From contig CBDBOV010000006.1 of NCBI GenBank assembly GCA_965208575.1, positions 1,248,001 through 1,312,000 of the forward strand: a DNA stretch of 64,000 nucleotides, written 5' to 3'. Positions 58,425-64,000 of the stretch are shown here, piece after piece (position 1 is the first letter of the stretch; each line of letters starts with the position of its first letter). The notes beneath the pieces were generated by a model. It did not search any database. It saw only the letters and a program-made list of their open reading frames with translations, and was not told the DNA's origin. The DNA comes from Spirochaetia bacterium (GTDB lineage Bacteria; Spirochaetota; Spirochaetia; SZUA-6; Bin103). Made by a program: the position numbers and the translations under genes.

Positions 58425-59576
58425 TCAGAACAGCGCGCCTTCCCAGAGCTGCTGGAGGAAGGTGGCGTGGTAGAGCAGGTCGATGCCGTCTTCGGTGGTG
58501 CGGTCGTGGGGGTCCAGGGACACGACGATGCGGCGGCCGGTCTCCGGGTGATCGGCCTTCAACTCGCGCAGCCCCTTGGCGTGATCGGCGCGCACCCGGC
58601 TCACCGCCTTCGCCTCCACCGCGCAATCGATGTGGTTGACCACGAAGTCGACTTCGATGCCCGAACTGAGCCGCCAGTAGAAGAAGTCGGCGTAGCGCGC
58701 CCGGTACGAGTTGTAGCAGCACAGCTCGTGGAACACCCAGTTCTCGAATGCCTTGCCAAACAGCTCGCCGCCCGGCTGCAGCGCCCCGCGCCGGGCCAGG
58801 AAGTTCACCACCCCCACGTCCCCGAAGTAGAACTTCGGCGCCGCCACCACCCGCCGCTTCGGCCGCCTGCGGTACGCGGGCAGGAACCGACCCAGGAGCG
58901 TGTCCTCCAGGATCTCGAAGTAGCCCCGCACCGTCTGGCTGGAGGTGCCGGTGTCGCGCGCGATGGTCGTGTAGTTCACCACGTCACCGTCGGAGAGGGC
59001 GGCGAGCGCGAGGAAGTCCGCGTAGGCGGGCAGGCGCCGCACCAGACCCTCCGCAGCGATCTCCTCCTTCAGGTACTGGGAGACGTATGCGTCGAGCAGC
59101 GGCAGCGGGCGCTCGGCGTCGTATATGGGCGGCAGGTATCCGTGGTTCAGCAGTCGGACCAGGTCGACTCCCGGTCCGATCTCCATCGCCGACAGCCCAT
59201 GCAGCTCGCGCCGCTCGCCGCGCCCGCCGAGGAGGTTTGCCTGCCCGCGCCGCACCTTGCGCGCGCTCGATCCACACAACGCGAAGTGCACGCCGCGCCG
59301 CTCCATGAGCCAGTGCACCACATCGAGCAGCTCCGGCACCTTCTGGACCTCGTCGATTACGATGAATCCGGCACCATGCCGGTGCTGCTCCTCGATCAGC
59401 AGTTCCGGAGTCTGCAGATAGCGCCGGTAGGTCGCCGGCAACAGCAGGTCGACCCACGGCACGCCGGGAAACTCGGCTCGGAGCAACGTGCTCTTGCCCG
59501 ATTGCCGCGGCCCCCAAAGGAAGAACGTCCCCTGTGGATCCCCACGCAACCCGAGCAATCTCGTGTACTCTCCCAT
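58425..59576 (-). CDS. AAA_14 ATPase + DUF4143 protein
   Basis: GPRQSGKS, IDEVQK, CGSSARK, PKFYFGDVG, EVDF...EAK. Confidence 0.9.
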   Translation of the reverse strand: MGEYTRLLGLRGDPQGTFFLWGPRQSGKSTLLRAEFPGVPWVDLLLPATYRRYLQTPELLIEEQHRHGAGFIVIDEVQKVPELLDVVHWLMERRGVHFALCGSSARKVRRGQANLLGGRGERRELHGLSAMEIGPGVDLVRLLNHGYLPPIYDAERPLPLLDAYVSQYLKEEIAAEGLVRRLPAYADFLALAALSDGDVVNYTTIARDTGTSSQTVRGYFEILEDTLLGRFLPAYRRRPKRRVVAAPKFYFGDVGVVNFLARRGALQPGGELFGKAFENWVFHELCCYNSYRARYADFFYWRLSSGIEVDFVVNHIDCAVEAKAVSRVRADHAKGLRELKADHPETGRRIVVSLDPHDRTTEDGIDLLYHATFLQQLWEGALF

Positions 59577-59698
59577 GATAACTTGAATATTACATGAAAA
59601 TCGAAAGTTCCGCTACGCACGCATGCACGAACAACCGCTGACGACACGATTCGGCGGCGGTTCCGGGGAGCCCCTGCACGCGCGGCCTCCGGTGGATG

Positions 59699-59883
59699 GG
59701 TGCTTGCGCCGATGAGCAGGTCACCCATCAACGGCCCCTCGCGCATTTCAGCGGCCCGGCTCGGGCACTCGAGCACGGAACAGGAGCGCGGTGCCGCGCT
59801 CGCGGTGGCCGCCGACCGCGGCGGGAACGAACAACGCTTCGCCGTCGCGGCACTCTCCAACGAGCGTCCCTGTGCGTCTGCGG
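59699..59883 (-). repeat. Diverged duplicate of the manA 3' end and downstream DNA (~61399-61583)
   Basis: Shared TGCTTGCGCCGATG...GTCACCCATCAACGGCCC...GCCGCCGACCGCGGCGGGAACGAACA. Confidence 0.85.
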
Positions 59884-59897
59884 TCGTTCCACTGGGG

Positions 59898-60066
59898 CGT
59901 CGGCGCATCTCCGGCGGAGCCCTCACGACGAGATCGACGGGATTCTCGACCTCACTCTGCGCGCGATTTCGAGAGCTTGCGCGATGCCGGTGCTGCTGCG
60001 CTCCATGATTACGAGCAAGTCGACATCCGAGTCCTCGGAAGCCGTGCCGTAGGCATGAGAGCCGAA
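59898..60066 (-). pseudogene. Minimal nucleotidyltransferase (MNT) remnant
   Basis: Manual translation FGSHAYGTASEDSDVDLLVIM..., then a 1-nt frameshift to VDLVVRAP. Confidence 0.7.
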
Positions 60067-60251
60067 TGCTCGCCGGCCCGCAGGCCGCCGACCTGGCCGC
60101 GCCCTGAGCGACGGCTACGTCAACGTCCCCCTCGGCCCCGGCTTCGGCGTCACCCTGGGACGAAGCCAAGATCCGCACCCACGAACTCCCCAAGCCCCAC
60201 GGACGCCGGCTGTCCGGGCCCAGAAGTCCGTGCTAATATATGCACGCGGCG

Positions 60252-60440
60252 ATGGTTGAAACCAGGACCAGCGACGTCAGGCGTCGATTGCTGAGGGATG
60301 AGTGGTACCTCGATCGCCACGGAGCCAACCACGACATCTATCGGCATCCGACGATCAAGGGCATTATCACGTTGCCCCGCCACAAGCAACTCTCGGTCGG
60401 GGTCGCGCGGTCGATTGCCAAGCAAGCTGGCTGGTCGTAG
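60252..60440 (+). CDS. hicA: HicA-family toxin
   Basis: RHGANHDIYRHP...ITLPRH....GVARSIAKQAGW; extended -10 TGCTAATAT at 60231-60239. Confidence 0.88.
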   Translation: MVETRTSDVRRRLLRDEWYLDRHGANHDIYRHPTIKGIITLPRHKQLSVGVARSIAKQAGWS

Positions 60441-60449
60441 GGCCGGCCC

Positions 60450-60851
60450 ATGGAGGATGTGCGCGTGACCAGATATCCAGCCTGGATCGACGGAGAGCGA
60501 GGCTCCTATGGCGTCTCGTTTCCTGATCTCCCCGGCATCGTCGCCATGGGCACGACGGTGGACGAGGCATTGCTGCATGCCGAGGAATCACTACGCGACT
60601 ACGTGATCGAGACCGAGAGAGACGGTGAGCCGATCACGCCACCGACCAGTATCGAAGAGATCGAAACGCCCACCGGTTATACCCTGGTCTCCGTCCCCTT
60701 GATCCGCCTGTCGGGCCGTAGCGTGCGTGCGAATCTCACGCTCGACGAGGGCGTTGCAGCGTTCATCGACGGCGAAGCGCGACGCCGGAAGATGACACGG
60801 ACCGCCTACATCGAATGGATGGCTCGGCGCATCGCCCAGGCCGGCGGATAA
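60450..60851 (+). CDS. hicB: HicB-family antitoxin with C-terminal RHH
   Basis: YGVSFPDLPG....G.TVDEAL..A.E.L; RANLTLDEG....ID..A....MTRTAYI. Confidence 0.9.
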   Translation: MEDVRVTRYPAWIDGERGSYGVSFPDLPGIVAMGTTVDEALLHAEESLRDYVIETERDGEPITPPTSIEEIETPTGYTLVSVPLIRLSGRSVRANLTLDEGVAAFIDGEARRRKMTRTAYIEWMARRIAQAGG

Positions 60852-60904
60852 CCGGATCAGACTCTCCCAAGCACGACTGACCGCGGCTGCCCACATGGAG
60901 TGGC

Positions 60905-61350
60905 TCAGAACAGCGCGCCTTGCCAGAGCTGCTCCAGGAAGGTGGTGTGGTGGAGCAGCTCGATGCCGTCCTCCGTGGTGCGGTCGTGGGGGTCCAGGGA
61001 CACCACGATGCGGCGGCCGGTCTCGGGATGATCGGCCTTCAGCTCGCGCAGCCCCTTGGCGTGATCGGCGCGCACCCGGCTGACCGCCTTTGTCTCCACC
61101 GCGCACTCGATGTGGTTGACCACGAAATCCACTTCGATGCCCGAACTGAGCCGCCAGTAGAACAAGTCGGCGTAGCGCGCCCGGTACGAGTTGTAGCAGC
61201 ACAGCTCGTGGAACACCCAGTTCTCGAATGCCTTGCCGAACAGCTCGCCGCCCGGCTGCAGCGCCCCGCGTCTGGCCAGGAAATTCACCACTCCCACGTC
61301 GGAGCAACGTGCTCTTGCCCGATTGTCGCGGCCCCCAAAGGAAGAACGTC
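60905..61350 (-). pseudogene. Internally deleted AAA_14/DUF4143 copy
   Basis: The N-terminal FFLWGPRQSGKSTLL is joined at ~61300 directly to DVGVVNFLA. About 660 bp is missing relative to 58425-59576. Confidence 0.85.
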
Positions 61351-61447
61351 GGCGTCGGTCCCGGGGAGATTCTGCACGCGCGCGGGCTCTGCTGGGTCGG
61401 TGCTTGCGCCGATGTGCGGGTCACCCATCAACGGCCCGTCGCGCATT

Positions 61448-62680
61448 TCAGCGACCCGGCTCGGGCACTTGAGCACGGAACAGAAGCGCGGTGCCGCGCA
61501 CGCGGTAGCCGCCGACCGCGGCGGGAACGAACAGCGCTTCGCCGCCGCGGCACTCCAACGAGCGTCCTTGCGCGTCTGTGACGGTCGCTTCGCCATGGAG
61601 GAAAAGCAGGATCTCCGGGCCGGTTGTGTTCGGCGCGAACACGGATTCGCGCTGCAGGCGGTCGAGCGCCACCGACGAGAGCGCGAACTCCGCCGCCGGA
61701 GTCGGGTAGCGCCGCTCGCCGTTGGCGTCCGCCGCCGGGTTCAACACGCCAGCCTCCTGAGGTTCGAAGCGGGCCACGTGCAACAGCTCCGGAACGTCGA
61801 CGTGCTTCACCGTCAGGCCCCCGCGCAGCACGTTGTCGGAGTTGGCCTGCAACTCCACCGCCGTTCCGCTCAGCGCGGCGTGCAGCGTGCCGGCTCCGGT
61901 GAAGGTTCCCTCGCCCGGTGCCAAGCGCACCACGTTCAGCAGATACGGACTGAGCACGCCGGCGTCACCGGGGTAACTTGCGGCCAGCCGTTCCACCCAG
62001 CGAGCCGCAGCTTCGGCGCCGGTTTCGAGACCGCCGCCGCGGAGTTGGCTGGCGGCGTGCTCCGCGGTGTGGGACACCAGGTCGGCACGTTGCCGGTCAT
62101 TCAACTGCAGCGCCGTCGCCAACAGTGAGCCCAGCGCTCGCGCCGTCGGGCGCTCGCGCAGCGCGGCGGTCGCCGCTCGCAGGTCCGGCACGTCGACAGA
62201 CTCCAGGTGCCGGACCAGCTCGGCGTAGGGCCGAAAGCCGCTCATCATCCAATACGGTTCCAGCGCCACCGCCAGTTCCGGCTTGTGGTTGCGGTCACGG
62301 TAGTTGCGGTTCGGCGCGTCGGGCGGGATGGCGGCCGCCTGCTCGCGCGCGAACCCCTCCGCCGCCTGCGCCAGCGAGGGATGCGCCTGGATCGACAGCG
62401 GCTCCGCAACGGCGAGTATCTTGAGCAGAAACGGCAGCTCCGTTCCGAACCGCTGCACGGCCGGCCCGAGGGTCTCGGCGGGGCGCTCGGCCACCAGCCG
62501 GTCCAGCTTGATGCGGCCACCGGCAACCGTAACGGCCGACGGTGCCTGCGGATGCGCCCCGATCCACAGTTCCGCCTCCGGTTCATCAGCCGGTGGCCTT
62601 CCCTGCAGCCTGGCAAGCGCCGTCTTCGAGCCCCACGCATAGTGCTGGATCGGGTTGTCCAACTTCAGCAGACCGAGCAT
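61448..62680 (-). CDS. manA: Mannose-6-phosphate isomerase, class I
   Basis: QHYAWG, AELWIGAHP, LPFLLKIL, LSIQAHP, NYRD.NHKPE, ANSDNVLRGGLT.KHVD. Confidence 0.95.
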   Translation of the reverse strand: MLGLLKLDNPIQHYAWGSKTALARLQGRPPADEPEAELWIGAHPQAPSAVTVAGGRIKLDRLVAERPAETLGPAVQRFGTELPFLLKILAVAEPLSIQAHPSLAQAAEGFAREQAAAIPPDAPNRNYRDRNHKPELAVALEPYWMMSGFRPYAELVRHLESVDVPDLRAATAALRERPTARALGSLLATALQLNDRQRADLVSHTAEHAASQLRGGGLETGAEAAARWVERLAASYPGDAGVLSPYLLNVVRLAPGEGTFTGAGTLHAALSGTAVELQANSDNVLRGGLTVKHVDVPELLHVARFEPQEAGVLNPAADANGERRYPTPAAEFALSSVALDRLQRESVFAPNTTGPEILLFLHGEATVTDAQGRSLECRGGEALFVPAAVGGYRVRGTALLFRAQVPEPGR

Positions 62681-62685
62681 CCGGC

Positions 62686-63627
62686 CTACGGCCCCTCCTC
62701 GCTGACGGCGGCAGCGTCTCGCCGGCCGCGGGGCGGGGCGCGGAACACCTGCCTAGTGTGCCACGCGACGTACCGGCCGGCAGGCTCGCGGGTCCCCTCC
62801 TGCGGTGGCCGTATAGGGCGGTCGTGGTAATCCAGGAGCCAGCGCACCGCCGGGCTCATGCCATGCACCTCGCGCGAGACCAGCAACCGCCAGCCTGAAC
62901 CGCGTTCGTCCTCCGCCAGACCGATTGCTCCGCGGTCGAACGCGCCATGATGGAACGTACACAACGCCAGTCCGTTGGCAACCTGATCGGGACCGCCGTG
63001 GGAGTGCCACTGGATGTGAGCGGCTTCGAGACCGAGCAAATCGTCCCTGAGACGCAGGTCGAAGTCGCACACCGCGCACCGCCGCTCGTATGCCGTCAGT
63101 ACCGCCTCGCGGAAGTGCGGGTCGCGGCGCGGACGGGGAGTGACCCTCTCCTCCACCTCGGGAACTCCCCACAACCCGACCGCCTCCAGGATGTGCTGAT
63201 GCATGGAGGCAGGAAAGTGCTGGTCCAGAATCCACCGAGCTTCCGCCAGCGCTCGACCAGGGTTGTCAGCCAGTTCGCGAAACAGTGGCTCGGGTAGGCC
63301 TCCGGTGACGCCTCTCTCTCGTAGCTCTTTGATGTGGAAGTCACCACCCGTCGTCCGCGTAAGCGAGGAAACCTCAGGCACTTCCCACAACTCGTTTTCC
63401 AAGTGCGAAAATGGATACACCGGACGAGGTGATCGCGGGGTGCCGAAATGCCGAAGCAGACCAACCAACTCACTCTCGATGTCGCGGAATCGCACCAACC
63501 GATCTCGCCCACGCAAGGCCCAACCCATTGCCAACAGCAAGAGCAGTGGCTTGTGAGGTGCGCGCCTGCCACCTTTCCGCCACACCTTGAGCTTGGTGAG
63601 TCTGTGGTGGAATTCATCCAAGGTCAA
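62686..63627 (-). CDS. SBD-HNH restriction endonuclease (phosphorothioate-DNA-binding type)
   Basis: RAPHKPLLLL and YPF.HL N-terminal motifs; FREAVL.AY..RCAVC, LEAAHI.W...GGP....NGLALC..HH..FD.G. Confidence 0.8.
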   Translation of the reverse strand: MTLDEFHHRLTKLKVWRKGGRRAPHKPLLLLLAMGWALRGRDRLVRFRDIESELVGLLRHFGTPRSPRPVYPFSHLENELWEVPEVSSLTRTTGGDFHIKELRERGVTGGLPEPLFRELADNPGRALAEARWILDQHFPASMHQHILEAVGLWGVPEVEERVTPRPRRDPHFREAVLTAYERRCAVCDFDLRLRDDLLGLEAAHIQWHSHGGPDQVANGLALCTFHHGAFDRGAIGLAEDERGSGWRLLVSREVHGMSPAVRWLLDYHDRPIRPPQEGTREPAGRYVAWHTRQVFRAPPRGRRDAAAVSEEGP

Positions 63628-63738
63628 TTTGGAACCCTCTGTCCAGGAACTATGACATAAGAGCCCGGTGAACCGGTAGTCAGCGCCGGATGAGAGTCGG
63701 TTGAGGTTGCCGAACCCTTCTGAATCGGCAGGTCTGTA

Positions 63739-63915
63739 TCATGGGATGCGGAAGTTCCTGGCTTTGTAGAATTGGAAGTCGGAGATGCAGGGAATCTTCA
63801 CTTGCCCTGCAGAGGCCTCGGCAATCAACCAGTCCCAGAACGGCCGGATGCGATCGAGCGGGTAGTAGTCCTCATGGACGCGGGTCAGCACATTCGCATC
63901 AAGCAGGTACAGCAC
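63739..63915 (-). pseudogene. DUF4411 (PIN-like) protein, internally deleted (58 aa)
   Basis: Manual translation MLYLLDANVL....DYYPLDRIRPFWDWL...GQVKIP|CISDFQFYKARNFRIP*. Confidence 0.65.
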
Positions 63916-63917
63916 GA

Positions 63918-64000
63918 CTATCCCGACTGCCGCGTTGGACTTCCAGCCACCAATCCGCCCAAGAGCGGCTCTACGCCGCTGGGCTTCACGCCAAGGATCA
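63918..64000 (-). CDS. 3' end of a CDS, probably a second XRE-ImmA/IrrE protein
   Basis: ...ILGVKPSGVEPLL...SG* ends 2 bp before the DUF4411 start, matching the 57120 arrangement. Confidence 0.5.
   Translation of the reverse strand, partial: ILGVKPSGVEPLLGGLVAGSPTRQSG

Overview
A GC-rich bacterial window. The 'ATGLWAAA.EE'-type signal peptides on the substrate-binding proteins and the expansion of Dpp/Opp cassettes suggest a Spirochaetota-like, possibly host-associated organism; this is inference only. (1) 1-16.7 kb: a Fic gene, then an HNH-nuclease gene broken up by a nested stack of mobile elements. The stack comprises two IS1634 copies, an IS91-type HUH transposase + tyrosine recombinase element (one full copy, one inverted truncated copy), a TGT...ACA DDE + ExeA-ATPase transposon inside the recombinase, and an IS3. 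(2) 17-54 kb: five family-5 (Dpp/Opp) SBP + permease sets, none with an ATPase gene. They are interleaved with toxin-antitoxin modules (AbiE x2, VapBC, HigBA, HicAB) and catabolic enzymes (LLM, desaturase, hydrolase, GH32-like, SDR, PhyH). (3) 54-64 kb: a mosaic defence/TA region with duplicated fragments next to manA, ending in an SBD-HNH nuclease. There are two top findings. The first is a ~165-nt conserved leader with compensatory changes and two pseudoknot-type pairings, found upstream of two paralogous SBP operons (candidate new cis-regulatory RNA or riboswitch). The second is a pair of inverted dif-like 11-6-11 sites plus a terminal hairpin at the ends of the IS91/tyrosine-recombinase element. 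No rRNA, tRNA or CRISPR array was recognised. All family assignments come from motif recognition by eye, not from database searches.
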